Source: Pachysolen tannophilus NRRL Y-2460 (taxonomy: Eukaryota). Taken from it: a stretch of 64,000 nucleotides of DNA. The position numbers were made by a program, and so were the translations under genes. Where the stretch lies: contig KV454012.1 in the NCBI GenBank assembly GCA_001661245.1, positions 2,127,063-2,191,062 of the forward strand, read 5' to 3'. This document shows, in pieces, positions 1-12,239 of the stretch (its first letter is position 1; every line of letters begins with the position of its first letter). The notes below the pieces were generated by a model, which ran no database searches, was not told the origin of the DNA, and saw only the letters and a program-made list of their open reading frames with translations.

Positions 1-374
1 AAAAAAAAAAAAAAGAAAAGAAAAAGAAAAAACGAGAAAATAAGTTTAAAAAAAAAAAAGAAGAAAAAGGTCAATTGATGATTGAATTTTTTTCAATATT
101 TAATCAATTTTCACGTTCAAATTAATTTTAATAATAATATTAATAATAATACTGTAAGCAATAAATAACAATAGATTTTTTTTTTAACCTTGATTTCAAC
201 TATTTTGTATCAAATTGTAAAAATTGAAATTAAAAGTTGAAAAACAGTGTGAGATTTTTTAAAAAATTAAAAATACTTTTAGTGGGAGTTCCACGACCAA
301 TATATTATAAAAGAAATAATCAACTACGTACTACTAATACTACTAACTAGGTAACTCTAACTATATATTATTAT

Positions 375-661
375 TCATTTCTTGCCACTTTTCTTGATAC
401 CACCACTAACTAATGGACCTTTACCCTTTGCCTTTTCAGCTAACGCTTTTCTAGCAGCAGCATCTGCTTTTTGCTTTTCTTTAAAAGCTAAATCATCTTC
501 ATCAAAATCTTGTTGTTTTTTCTTTGGATTTTTCAAAGCTAATAAAGAGAATAAATAAGTTAGTAAAGAAAAAACAAAATGAAAAAGAATATATATGGGA
601 AAAATTATAAATTCTAGTTTCTATACTTACGTTTGGCCTTTCCACCTTGACGCCCTGACAT
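375..661 (-). CDS. TMA7: Translation machinery-associated protein 7; 2 exons (661-631, 538-375); absent from the ORF track
   Basis: Spliced product [64 protein letters not shown]; intron 630-539 has GTAAGT, TACTAAC and TAG. Confidence 0.95.
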
Positions 662-1065
662 TTTTTTTTAAAAAAAGATTTTAATCTATAATATACTATT
701 ATTAAACGGCGGTTAATTAATAAATACTCATTTACTTTATTACTCCACTCTTAATTCACTATTTTTAAAAGCCCAAAAAAAAAAATTTAACTTTTGTTTT
801 TGTTTCACGGGTTTTTCTGCCAAATACGTTTTCTCTTAAGGAGCAAGGTAGTGCACTATAACACAAAATGTCTCTTTTTGGGACGTTTACAATTGTACAT
901 ATAAACTAATTTATATTTCATATTTATATTTCATAAATAATAATTAATGTAACGGCGGTTAAGCCATTTTTTATATATATATATATGTATATATATATAT
1001 TTAATATTTTATACAATTGTACAATTACAATTCAGCGGTATTAAAATTTTTTCTCTAGTGAATCG

Positions 1066-3048
1066 ATGGGGGTTCTTACTACCGCGGATAAGGAGAAGAT
1101 TAAAAGAGTCATTCCGAAAACAGCAAATAAGATAATAGATGCTACTGTTGCAAGGTTATATATTGCTGATCCAAATCCAGATGAATGGACTTATACAGGA
1201 TTGGTTGGTGCTATTGTATTAGTTGATGATTTAGTTGGACATACTTTTTGGTTAAAACTTGTTGATATATTGGGTGGTAGGGGTGTGGTGTGGGATCAAG
1301 AATTATATGTAAATTTTGAATATAATCAAGATCGAACTTTTTTCCATTCTTTTGAATTAGAAAAATTTTATGCTGGTTTATTATTTGAAGATACAAGTGA
1401 TGCAACTCATTTCTATAAAAGAGTCACCGGTAGAGCAAAACATGGGTCCAAGAAAACTGTTAATAATAAACAAGCAATTGCATTAAAAGAACAAATTGTT
1501 GATTCACCAAAAATTCCTGGTCCAAGAGGTGATTCTATGATTAATTCATCAGATCTTGCTTCAAATCCTCAAAGAGCAAGAAGAACAAGAGGTCCATTGT
1601 TTTATGATGATCAGCCGCCTCTAGAATGGAGATCCTTATATAAAGAATTAGAAGCTGCAGGAATCACCGAAGATATGATTGCAGATAATAGAGATTTCAT
1701 TAAAGATTATATTAAACAACAAGGTGGTCCATTGGTGGGCTTGGAACCACCAATTCCACGTAAGTATCTGCATCACGCGTCTCCATCAGCATCAGCATCA
1801 GCAACTGCAACTGCATCAGCATCACAATCACAATCACAATCACAATCACCTTTAAGAACTTTGTCTTCAAGATTGGGCAAGAAAGCTCCTCCACCACCTC
1901 CACCAACAACTGGAAGTTCGTCACCTTCTTCAAATTCAAGAAATAATTTATCTTCAGCAGCACATAGTATTAACGAAGATTATGAAAATGATTCCGACCT
2001 GAATGATGATTCCTCATCAAACGCTTTTGACTCTCGTGAAAGGTCAGTTCCTCCACCAGTACCCGGGAAAGATGATCGCTTTAATTCTAGCGATAACAAT
2101 AAAAATTCAACACCTTCTACAACACCTCATCCAGTTCATTCTGCACCTCCACCAATGGCATTTATCGGAACGCACGTGCAACAAGATCAAAGATTTGTAC
2201 CTTCTCGTCAACAACAAAATAGGCCCACTCCATCATTACCTCCAGCTCCTCCTGCTAGGAATTCAGTTCCTCCTCCATTACCACCTTCAAGAAACCAGTA
2301 CGCACCACCGCAGCAACAATTTGGCAATAGAGGCCCTCCTCCTCCTCCACCACCAAGAAGAGGAGGTGCACCACCACCACCGCCTTCTAGAAACACTGGA
2401 ACACCACAGATGCTGAGGACTGTACCGCAATTACCTCAAAGAATGGTTCCTAATCCACCACCTGCATTTCCTCAGCAGCAGCAGCCACAACAGCTACAGC
2501 CACAACAACCACAGCAGCCGTTACAACAACAACAACAACCGTTTTCTTATATGCCCTCACCAACTGCACCAATTACACCAGCAGCTCCACGTGCTGCTAT
2601 GCCCCCACCAACTGCACCATCTGCACCAGCGGCTCCTCCTCCACCACCATTGCCCCCAACAAACTACAATTCAGTGTCTACTCCCGCAGCACCAGCACCT
2701 CCGCCTCCTCCAATGCCTGATATGGGATCTGCAAATGGTTCGTCGTCCCCTGCTCCAATGCCGCTGATGACAGGTGATTCAAATAGAGATGCATTATTGA
2801 ATTCTATTCAACAAGCGGGTATTGGATCATTGCGTAAAGTAGATAAATCGCAGTTGGATAAACCTTCAGTAATATTACAAGAGGGGAAAGGTGAATCTGT
2901 AAGTTTGAATAATAACACAAATGGTGGAGGAGGTACTACAGGTTCTCCAGCTCAACAAGGAAACCTAGCAGATGCTATATCTGCTGCTTTAGCCAAGAGA
3001 AAGAATAAAGTAAGTAATAGTGACGCTGAAGATAATGATGATTGGTAA
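1066..3048 (+). CDS. LAS17: WASP-family actin nucleation-promoting factor (Las17/Wal1)
   Basis: N-terminal WH1 domain (ARLY..P..W, VWDQELY..FEYNQDRTFFH), polyproline tracts, WH2 (RDALLNSIQ..LRKV), acidic tail ending DDW. Confidence 0.95.
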   Translation: MGVLTTADKEKIKRVIPKTANKIIDATVARLYIADPNPDEWTYTGLVGAIVLVDDLVGHTFWLKLVDILGGRGVVWDQELYVNFEYNQDRTFFHSFELEKFYAGLLFEDTSDATHFYKRVTGRAKHGSKKTVNNKQAIALKEQIVDSPKIPGPRGDSMINSSDLASNPQRARRTRGPLFYDDQPPLEWRSLYKELEAAGITEDMIADNRDFIKDYIKQQGGPLVGLEPPIPRKYLHHASPSASASATATASASQSQSQSQSPLRTLSSRLGKKAPPPPPPTTGSSSPSSNSRNNLSSAAHSINEDYENDSDLNDDSSSNAFDSRERSVPPPVPGKDDRFNSSDNNKNSTPSTTPHPVHSAPPPMAFIGTHVQQDQRFVPSRQQQNRPTPSLPPAPPARNSVPPPLPPSRNQYAPPQQQFGNRGPPPPPPPRRGGAPPPPPSRNTGTPQMLRTVPQLPQRMVPNPPPAFPQQQQPQQLQPQQPQQPLQQQQQPFSYMPSPTAPITPAAPRAAMPPPTAPSAPAAPPPPPLPPTNYNSVSTPAAPAPPPPPMPDMGSANGSSSPAPMPLMTGDSNRDALLNSIQQAGIGSLRKVDKSQLDKPSVILQEGKGESVSLNNNTNGGGGTTGSPAQQGNLADAISAALAKRKNKVSNSDAEDNDDW

Positions 3049-3226
3049 ATAAAAAGAATATTCAATTTTTAAATTTATGATTTTTTTTTTTTTTTTTACA
3101 AATTTTATTTATGATTTTTTTTTAAAAAAAATATAATAATTCATTTCATTCTGTTAATCTATTCAACCAAAAAAGTACATACAGTTTTTTCTTTTAATTT
3201 CTATAAAAATTTTATCAAAAAAAAAT

Positions 3227-5209
3227 CTAATCAACAACAAAGACAATGGTTGCAGTTAATATAAGTAATATCATTGCGGTATTTGCGTTAAATCCCATAA
3301 ATTTTTTTGAAGATAGAGCACCACTTCTCTTGGAGGTGCTACTACCACTACTAGTACTACTACCACTGCTGTTACTATTACTAGTATCTTCAGAGCTATT
3401 GGTCATACCAGTGTCAGTATAATTAACAGGAAGATCATCAGAGGAATCAATTGAACCATCCCAGCAATACTCTTCAAAGCAACTTTGGCATTGTTCTGAT
3501 TGAGAGATGTTATTACGTTCTTGTGATCTTCTAATAATTGCACAACCAACACATGCTCTCCATTCATCATCCAAGGTTAAATTTAATCTTGTTGCAACTT
3601 CGAATCCATTTTGTATAACACCTAATTTTTCATCTTGATCGTAAGACATTTTATAAGTTGAAGTATTTGACCAATATGTAAATGGTCTATTTGCAATATA
3701 AACTACCAATGGAGGGATAACACCTGAATCTGATAATGAAGTTAAATTTGATGAGTTACAACCGAAAAAAGTTGGTTTTGCAGTTAAATTCAAATTTACA
3801 AAAGAATTTGTATCTGGAACGTAAGGGAAAGTAGTACCATTTCCCTGAGTACTAAATTGTCTATTATAAGTATGAACTAAAGAACTACCATCTGGCCAAT
3901 TTTCATCAGTATCAGCTGAATTATCAAATGCAAAAATAATATCAACTTCTCTTTCTGGTTTCAACAATGGGGCTAAAGGAATATTTTGATCATCTTCACC
4001 ACCATCTACTAAAAATAAAGATTCTGAATCTGCAATTGAACTTTCAGATCCATAAATGGAATCATAAAAAGGATTTGGAGAATAAATTGCAATATCATCA
4101 TAATCTGAACTTAAATCTGATAAAAAATCATCAATTAAATCGTACAAGACACCAGTAATACCTGTAGTATTTAATTGTAAAAGAAATTCATTAAACAATG
4201 TTGAAGAAGTACCTATAATGAATCCAGCATTATCAAATCCATTAATACATTGATCAGATCCATCTGGCATTCCATCTGAAACATTAGTACCAAGGTATTT
4301 AATATCTGTAAAAGCATATAATGAAGGATCCCAAGAACCTAATTCAAATGGATTAACTTCAAAAATTGTTGAATTAATATCAATAATTGTTGTTCCTGGG
4401 GCTCTTCCATCAGTGACATGAATTGGAAATGGCATTTTAAAATCTTTGAAAACATCAACATCTCTTAATGAAGAAACTGTTAAAGTTATACCATCTCCAG
4501 TTGTATTGGGGAAAAATTGATGTGATAATGCTCTACCCCAAGGATCAGTTAATGAAATATTAAAACCTGCATCTTTTTTTTTCTCAATATCATCACTAAT
4601 ATCATTCCAATAATCAATAGTTTTAAAAATATCTAAACCACCAGGAGCAAAAATTGAATCTTCTAAATTCCAAATTATATCATTTTCAATAATTTCTTGT
4701 ACTGAAGTCCAATTATTATATACAACAGTTCCCATCATCCAATTCCCGCCAGAAAGACCTGAAAAATATGTAGTTGATTCTAATAAACCACCTAAACCAT
4801 TTTCATAAGCACCTATAGTTCTATTATCTAACAGTGATAATTGTCCTGCACCATTTAACATAGCTCTATAACCACCCCCTGAAAATGCAATTCCAATACT
4901 TATTGATTTATTTAAAGATTCTATAAAATCTTGAGCATCAAAATCTGTCATATTTGCATGATCTAAAAAATCAATTAAATTTAAATCAGTAATTTCATGT
5001 CTACCTTCAATCCATTCTTTTTCATTTTCAGAAATTGAAATTGCTTCTCTTATAAAACCCTTTTGAGTTGAATTATCTTGTAAAGATGGACAATCAACAT
5101 CATAAGGTGCATATGAATCATCTAATGAAGATACAAATAAAAAATTAAATGCAATTGTCCATAAACTTATATTCCATAATAATGGGAAATTCATTTCTTC
5201 TAGTATCAT
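3227..5209 (-). CDS. PLB: Lysophospholipase / phospholipase B, secreted and probably GPI-anchored (alternative ATG at 5194)
   Basis: SGGGYRAML, GLSGG nucleophile motif, VDGGED, signal peptide, Ser-rich region followed by a hydrophobic C-terminus. Confidence 0.93.
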   Translation of the reverse strand: MILEEMNFPLLWNISLWTIAFNFLFVSSLDDSYAPYDVDCPSLQDNSTQKGFIREAISISENEKEWIEGRHEITDLNLIDFLDHANMTDFDAQDFIESLNKSISIGIAFSGGGYRAMLNGAGQLSLLDNRTIGAYENGLGGLLESTTYFSGLSGGNWMMGTVVYNNWTSVQEIIENDIIWNLEDSIFAPGGLDIFKTIDYWNDISDDIEKKKDAGFNISLTDPWGRALSHQFFPNTTGDGITLTVSSLRDVDVFKDFKMPFPIHVTDGRAPGTTIIDINSTIFEVNPFELGSWDPSLYAFTDIKYLGTNVSDGMPDGSDQCINGFDNAGFIIGTSSTLFNEFLLQLNTTGITGVLYDLIDDFLSDLSSDYDDIAIYSPNPFYDSIYGSESSIADSESLFLVDGGEDDQNIPLAPLLKPEREVDIIFAFDNSADTDENWPDGSSLVHTYNRQFSTQGNGTTFPYVPDTNSFVNLNLTAKPTFFGCNSSNLTSLSDSGVIPPLVVYIANRPFTYWSNTSTYKMSYDQDEKLGVIQNGFEVATRLNLTLDDEWRACVGCAIIRRSQERNNISQSEQCQSCFEEYCWDGSIDSSDDLPVNYTDTGMTNSSEDTSNSNSSGSSTSSGSSTSKRSGALSSKKFMGFNANTAMILLILTATIVFVVD

Positions 5210-6190
5210 TTAAACAAAGAAAAGATACAAATAAAAAAGAGTAAGAGTATTTATTTTATATTATATTATATTAATTTTTAAACGAGAAATTACAATACTT
5301 ATTACTTTTCCGAATACGACATGATAGGAACAAGTCCGAATAGATTTAATTTTCATAATTGAAAAATTATGCTTTCCTTTGCATACCAGGATGAATATTT
5401 TTAAATTTACCGAATTACCGAATTAGCGTTAGTGGTTCGGGTACTACGGTTCATTTCATTTTGCCGACATTTTAATCAATTATTTTAATTTTAATTTTTT
5501 CAATTTCTTCTATTATTAATACTATTACTATTATTGTGCGGCTAAAAATATAAAATTATATATAATAAGAAAAAAAAAAAAAAATAAAAAAAAAAAAAAA
5601 AAATGTATTTAACTCATGTGTTACATATATTTATATTTATATTTATATGTAATGTGTAATAAATTAATAAATTGATTTTTTAGTACATAAATATAGAAAT
5701 TTCAAAAAAATTTTTGTTTACTTTTAAAAAATTTAAAACAATATGCAGGACAAAGGTTCATTATTTGAACCCCTTTTCAAAAAGGGAAAAGTAGTTATCT
5801 AAATATCAAAAAAAAAAAAAAAAAAAGAAAAAAGAAAAAAAAATAGATATCTATTTGTATTTATGTGCACGACTTGTAAACCTTTTTCAGAATTGGGGTC
5901 TTTAATGAACTACTATTGTGATAATTTATCAATTTGTACTGTGTGCACGACTGTTTGGTTTTTTTTTAAAATTGAGTCTCAAGTTCACTACCAATTTGAT
6001 TTATCAATTAATTAATTTGGTGATGATTTAAGTTATAGTAGTGTCTTTTTTTTTTAGGTTGTATTTGTAACAATAGTACCAATGATTTTGACTTACTTTT
6101 CAGTACTTAAATTATCAAGTTAGATAGATTACAAGAAAAAGAGTTGAAATTTTTTTTTTTTTTTTGGATTTTTTGTGTAATGACAGACCG

Positions 6191-8245
6191 ATGTTTGAAG
6201 AACCATTGGTGACTGATCATACCAGTAGTAAAGATGATAAAACTAAAAAATTAGAAAAACTTTTAAATAATCATATTAATGGGTTGAAAAAAAAATTTAA
6301 ATATTCATTTGAAAGTAATAATGATAATCCAAGTTCAAATTTAAGACAAGAAGATACTTTTGAAGTATGGCATTTGGAGAAAAACTTGAATGAGGATAAG
6401 AATAGGGAAAGAAATTCTTCAAAAAGGAGAAGGAAGAAAGGTGAATTTGAAGAAGTTAATGATAGTAGAGGTGTTAAGAAGTATAAACCTGAAAATATTG
6501 AAAATACTGAAAATAGTGAAGAAGAAGAAGAAGAAGAGGAAGAGGAAGAGGATAGTGGTAGCAATAGCGGTACTGATGAGAAACTTGTGTTTAATAGTTG
6601 GGCCCAGGCAAACTTTGTTATTCTTTCCTCTGGTTATGAATTGTTGCCTCAACAGCCTACAATATCGAATTTGAATAGTGATCTGATGTATCCATCTTCA
6701 TTATCAAATTTATTAAATGAACATGTTTCATTCACAAGATATCATATAAATTTGATCAAGACTATTATGCATCTTTCTATATTACATCAAAATTGGGAAA
6801 GAGCATATAAATGTTTTAGCATATTGATAAGGTTTAAAAAAATTGATATTAGATCAATATGGCCTATAGGTTTAGAAATTTTGAAAAGATTAGAAGAAGA
6901 TTTTTTTAAAAAAATTTTCATAAATTCACTTTCATTTAAAATTAATGATTATCAATTAAGATTTTTAACTTTTATTAAAACAAAACCAATTTTAAATTCA
7001 TCATTAGATATTTTAAATCAAGATTTAATTGATCAATTAATTGAAAAAAATAATAAATCAACTTCAACAGATTTAAGATTTTTAATTTGGTTAAAAAATT
7101 TTTTCTCAGTATCTAATAAAAATAAAAATTTATTTTCACAATCCCATTATAAAAAATCATATTCAGCTCCAATTTGGAGATCAGGATCAAAAACTCATAC
7201 TCCATTATACGTTCAAACACTAATTTGGAATATTATTTTAAAATTAGATTTTAAAGCTTCTAACGATATATTATCCGAATTACTATTAGAACCTCCTTAT
7301 AATAATGATGGAACATTTTATTATCTGCAAGGTTTGGTTAAACATATGGAAGCTTATCATTTATCACAAGAAATTATTTTAAACAAGAACAAAGATGTTG
7401 AAAAATTTTTAGAAATTAAAAAATTGGTTTTAAAATCTTTTGAAAATTATGAAAAATCAAAAAAATTCGATTTTGAAATTCCAGAGAGGTTAATCAAAAA
7501 TGATTTATTAGCTATATTATATAAAATAGGGTTAATAATAGATGAAGATGAAGAAATTAAACAACTGTTTGGAATAATGGAAGCAGTAGCACCAAGTGAA
7601 TCACTAAACTCTGAAAGTGAAGATGATAACAACAACAACTCTTTGATAAATGAAGAAAATACAACTAAAGTGCCAAACCTGTTGTATACATCAGATTCCG
7701 ATTCCTCAGTTTCAACAGTAGTACCAATACTTCATGATAACGTCATACTGAAAACGTCCCCTAATCGTCTTAACTTAACATCTATGCTTGATAACAACAA
7801 GAGCAATGATGAAGATGATGCTATTGACAGCGATCTGGAAGATTATAACTTGGGAGATAATAATTATGAAACAGGTAAAGTTTCCATAATCAAGAATTTA
7901 ACTTCATTAGATATATCCAATGACGGTGATAACGAAGAAGATAAAAATTATGAAAGGAATGTTAACCGTCGATATACAGATTCATCTTTAAGTTCAGCAT
8001 CATTTCATGGTAATAATCATGAGACAGTTCAAGGAACAACAATGAATTTTTTGGATGAGTTTTCCGATAACGATATTGATGATTTTTTTGCTAATATGCG
8101 AAATACAAATAACGAACAAAGAAAGAAAAAAACTAGACACAGAGTAAGAACTCATATTACTGAAGTTGATAATGAAGATCTTGATCGGTATAATAACAAA
8201 AACAATAGCCAATTAAGTTTTGAAGACGATGAATCTACTGATTAG
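6191..8245 (+). CDS. RRN11: RNA polymerase I core factor subunit Rrn11-like
   Basis: MFEEP start; HLSILHQNWERAYKCFSILIR..IDIRSIWPIGLEIL and LLEPPY..DG motifs; acidic low-complexity tails. Confidence 0.75.
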   Translation: MFEEPLVTDHTSSKDDKTKKLEKLLNNHINGLKKKFKYSFESNNDNPSSNLRQEDTFEVWHLEKNLNEDKNRERNSSKRRRKKGEFEEVNDSRGVKKYKPENIENTENSEEEEEEEEEEEDSGSNSGTDEKLVFNSWAQANFVILSSGYELLPQQPTISNLNSDLMYPSSLSNLLNEHVSFTRYHINLIKTIMHLSILHQNWERAYKCFSILIRFKKIDIRSIWPIGLEILKRLEEDFFKKIFINSLSFKINDYQLRFLTFIKTKPILNSSLDILNQDLIDQLIEKNNKSTSTDLRFLIWLKNFFSVSNKNKNLFSQSHYKKSYSAPIWRSGSKTHTPLYVQTLIWNIILKLDFKASNDILSELLLEPPYNNDGTFYYLQGLVKHMEAYHLSQEIILNKNKDVEKFLEIKKLVLKSFENYEKSKKFDFEIPERLIKNDLLAILYKIGLIIDEDEEIKQLFGIMEAVAPSESLNSESEDDNNNNSLINEENTTKVPNLLYTSDSDSSVSTVVPILHDNVILKTSPNRLNLTSMLDNNKSNDEDDAIDSDLEDYNLGDNNYETGKVSIIKNLTSLDISNDGDNEEDKNYERNVNRRYTDSSLSSASFHGNNHETVQGTTMNFLDEFSDNDIDDFFANMRNTNNEQRKKKTRHRVRTHITEVDNEDLDRYNNKNNSQLSFEDDESTD

Positions 8246-8364
8246 ACCAAGATACGTTGTATATGAATTTTTTATATTGAGATAATATCTAATTATTTAT
8301 ATAAAGTATATATATGTACATGAATAAGAAATTGAAATTGAAATTGTCATTTGAGATTTAAATT

Positions 8365-9243
8365 TTAGGATTTTTCATTAATTTGTTGTTTACTATTATT
8401 GGTATCCAACTTCTTTGCCAGCAGTTCAGAACCAGTTCCATTTGTTTCTAATTTATCAATTTTTTCAATTTTCAAAAATAAATTATAACTATCTTTATAT
8501 GCTTTATCTTTAACAATTTCTAAATCTTTTACCCTAATATTAGAAGTTGACTGAAACAACTCTGCATCTTTTTCATTTAATTTACTAATTACTAAATTTA
8601 TAGGTTGTGCAACATATTTAATATCTGTTTCAATAGCTGCCAGTGACATATTATCCTGTTTCTGTAATTCCATCTCATTTACTTTAACATTTCCATCTTT
8701 TTCATCAATTTTCAAAATTAAAGGATGATATTCTTTTGAAAGTTTACAATTCTTATTATTAACATGTAAATTTTTTTTCAAAAATTCAATTTCATCTTGT
8801 AAAACTGCAATATCATCCAGAACCAGTTCTCTTCTATTCAATTCTTTCATTCTCAGTCTAAAACTTTCATATATTATCAAGGAACCAGCCACTGTAAAGA
8901 TAAAAGCTTCGGATAAGAATGACGCCCCTTGTTCTATAGCTTTATTTTCATTTAAAGGCCTTATCTTAATATTCTTTTGTCCCAAAAGTCTTATTTTCAA
9001 ATTCGAATCAAGCTGATGTAATCTCTGAGCCAATGTAACACAAACATGTTTGAACTTCAGATGCTCTTTTGCTTGAGACCTAATTGCATTCTATAAAATT
9101 CGATTTCAATTTGTTAGTTAAAAAAAATTGAATGATAATATAGAAACAAACAAAAACAAAAAAGAAAATTTTATACTTACCCCCATTGGCTTTGCAATAG
9201 TTCTCACAGCCAATGATGTTAACTTCAAGGCTATAGAGCTCAT
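8365..9243 (-). CDS. OPA3: OPA3-like mitochondrial protein; 2 exons (9243-9181, 9090-8365)
   Basis: Spliced N-terminus MSSIALKLTSLAVRTIAKPMG/NAIRSQAKEH; RPLNENKAIEQGASFLSEAFIF motif; intron 9180-9091 GTAAGT..ACTAAC..TAG. Confidence 0.9.
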
Positions 9244-9496
9244 CAGTGTGATAAATTTCTAATCAATACAATATCTATTTATCGGTATTATTGAATTTAT
9301 GGTATTATTGTAGAAAGATCACCTTTTGATCTGGGGCTACTATTATTACGTGGTTTAAATTTTTTTTTGGTTTTAGTTTTTATTTAGCAGGAAATACGTA
9401 ATTTTTAATTGATTATTAAAAGTATTTTAATTATTATTATTATTATCTTATCTGTTGAAATTAGGATCAAATCAAGAAATCGATTGAGGACGGATT

Positions 9497-11686
9497 ATGA
9501 ATGCTTTGAGTACTAGGCAAAACTTTGTGATATATTCAGCAGTTAGCGCAGTGTTAACTAGTATATCTGTTTATAATGTTTTTTCAAAAAGGCCTAATTT
9601 TTATTCGTCATTTATAGCTTTAAGTGATGGTATTCATGTATTAGTCTTAGGGAATTTTGTAATAGTTACAACAATTTTTATAAGTCAATTTTTAATTCAT
9701 CTTTTGTTTGGAGAGTTGAGAATTATTGAAAGGAAGCATATTTATGAAAGGTCATGGATAACAATAACGAATTTGTTGGTTGCATTAGCTGTTTTCAAAA
9801 ATGAGAATAATTTACTTATTGGATCATTAATATTAGGATTATTATTTATGAAAGTTTTCCATTGGATTTTAATTGATAGGATTGATTATATTTTCCAAAC
9901 TATGTCTTCTATAAGACAAATACTTTTTTCAAAATGTAGTTTCAATTTATTTCTATTTTTAATAATTGATTTTAATATTGTTTCATCATTAATTGATCAT
10001 TCATTTCAAAGTTCACCAGATGTATTTGTTATATTTGGTTTTGATTTTACATTATTATTTTTTGATTTATTTGAACAATTTGGAAAATCAACTTTAAATA
10101 TTTTAGAGTTACAATATTTAAATCATCATCCAGATGAAGAATTATGGGAACAAAAGACAATATATTTAAAAATTTTTGAAATAATTATGGCTTTCTTAAG
10201 AGTTGCCATATTCTTATTCTTATTTGCATTTTTAATTGGACCATATAGAATGCCAGTTACATTTATGAGAGATGCATATTTATCAATTTCTAAATTGATA
10301 ATTCAAATAAAAGATTTATTGAGATATTTAAAAGCATCAAAAGAATTAGATTCAAGATTAGTAGATGCAACAGAGGCTGATTTAGAACACGATAACTTGT
10401 GTATTATTTGCCGTGAAGATATGTCTACTCTTGGTGTCTTGAAAGGATCTAGACATTTTCCAAAGAAATTACTTTGTGGACATGTGATACATATGGGTTG
10501 CTTGAAAAGTTGGCTAGAAAGATCTCAAAGTTGCCCAATGTGTAGATCACCAGTATTTAATGATGCACTTAATGCTCCACACATGGCAACCGAAGGAAAC
10601 CAAGATCAAAACAGAAACCAAAATAATAACAATAATAATAATAATGAAATTAATGATAATAATGACGATAATAATGATGGTAACAACAATCATATTAATC
10701 ATGACAATGCCAATAGTAATAATAATAATACTAATAATAATCTGCAGCAGCAGCAGCAGCAGCAAGGACTTCCTTTTGTTAGGAACTTTTTCAGGAATCG
10801 GAGAGCCAATGTAACTAATGTCCCAAATCGTTCAGATAGTCTCAATAATGATAACAGTGATAGCCGGATTAACACCAGTAGAGTATTAGATCAAATTCCA
10901 CAAAATGTATTTCATACAACTAACAATTTTTTGTCACTGGGAAATTCTAATTCACAAGCGGTAAACTATGGACTGCCATCTATATCTTTACCATCCAACT
11001 CTATCATATTGCCACCAGATTGGTCTCTTTTACCATTACAACCAATCCATAATATTGATGGTGGTTCAGAACCAGAAGAGTATCTGTTGAATTTAAACTC
11101 TTCAACAACTGCAAAATTGAGAATTGTGAATAACATTAATTCCACATTCAGCAATGAAGGTAGACAAATTGAATTCATAAGAAAGCCAGAATCAACATCT
11201 GCTGGGGAAGAGATGAATATTAACAATGATAATAATGTTGTTGTTATGGACAATGAAGATGAAGGCTCCTCGTCAAGGTCTACTGGTAATAGATTCCCAT
11301 CATCATCACCTGCATCTCCTTCATCATCATCTTCAAGATTTAGGAATTTTGTATCTAAAGTTGTCAAGAACAACACTAATGCTACGATATCATCCCAGCA
11401 ACGTAAAAAAAACAATAACGTTGTTGAAGATGAATTTGAAGAAGATTCATCAGAGAAACAGATTAAGAGGAAAGCAGAAGAAGAAGTTATTCTATTGAAA
11501 AATGAAAATAATGAATTGTTAGAAAATTATAAAAAATTAAAATTAGATTTGAAATATGTGCAGACTGAATTAGAAGAATTGAAGAAAATTTTTGATTCTC
11601 ATTTGGTTGGACTTACAAATAATTCAATAGAAGGAAATGAAACTGAAAATAATAATAATAATCAAGAGAATCAGAACAATATTTAG
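9497..11686 (+). CDS. HRD1: ERAD RING-H2 E3 ubiquitin ligase
   Basis: Multiple N-terminal TM segments (LFGELRIIE, KVFHW), RING-H2 CIICRED..CGHVIH..CL..W...CPMCR; neighbour of HTZ1 as in S. cerevisiae. Confidence 0.93.
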   Translation: MNALSTRQNFVIYSAVSAVLTSISVYNVFSKRPNFYSSFIALSDGIHVLVLGNFVIVTTIFISQFLIHLLFGELRIIERKHIYERSWITITNLLVALAVFKNENNLLIGSLILGLLFMKVFHWILIDRIDYIFQTMSSIRQILFSKCSFNLFLFLIIDFNIVSSLIDHSFQSSPDVFVIFGFDFTLLFFDLFEQFGKSTLNILELQYLNHHPDEELWEQKTIYLKIFEIIMAFLRVAIFLFLFAFLIGPYRMPVTFMRDAYLSISKLIIQIKDLLRYLKASKELDSRLVDATEADLEHDNLCIICREDMSTLGVLKGSRHFPKKLLCGHVIHMGCLKSWLERSQSCPMCRSPVFNDALNAPHMATEGNQDQNRNQNNNNNNNNEINDNNDDNNDGNNNHINHDNANSNNNNTNNNLQQQQQQQGLPFVRNFFRNRRANVTNVPNRSDSLNNDNSDSRINTSRVLDQIPQNVFHTTNNFLSLGNSNSQAVNYGLPSISLPSNSIILPPDWSLLPLQPIHNIDGGSEPEEYLLNLNSSTTAKLRIVNNINSTFSNEGRQIEFIRKPESTSAGEEMNINNDNNVVVMDNEDEGSSSRSTGNRFPSSSPASPSSSSSRFRNFVSKVVKNNTNATISSQQRKKNNNVVEDEFEEDSSEKQIKRKAEEEVILLKNENNELLENYKKLKLDLKYVQTELEELKKIFDSHLVGLTNNSIEGNETENNNNNQENQNNI

Positions 11687-11905
11687 TTTTTTTTTTTTTT
11701 TTATTTATTTATTTATGTATGAGATATCAAATATAGTAAAAGATTAAATGATAATATACACTTTTTGCTTTATTAAGCTTTGGTACTTATATACTCATAA
11801 AGGTTTTCAGCAAGAAGAATAATAGTTAAAATACAAAATAATAATAATAAAAAAAAAAAAAAAAAAAGAATGAAAAAAAAAGCAGCTAGAAAAAAAATCT
11901 TTGAA

Positions 11906-12239
11906 NNNNNNNNNNNNNNNNNNNNNNNNNNNNNNNNNNNNNNNNNNNNNNNNNNNNNNNNNNNNNNNNNNNNNNNNNNNNNNNNNNNNNNNNNNNNNNN
12001 NNNNNNNNNNNNNNNNNNNNNNNNNNNNNNNNNNNNNNNNNNNNNNNNNNNNNNNNNNNNNNNNNNNNNNNNNNNNNNNNNNNNNNNNNNNNNNNNNNNN
12101 NNNNNNNNNNNNNNNNNNNNNNNNNNNNNNNNNNNNNNNNNNNNNNNNNNNNNNNNNNNNNNNNNNNNNNNNNNNNNNNNNNNNNNNNNNNNNNNNNNNN
12201 NNNNNNNNNNNNNNNNNNNNNNNNNNNNNNNNNNNNNNN
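11906..12239. other. Assembly gap (N run)
   Basis: Run of N. Confidence 1.
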
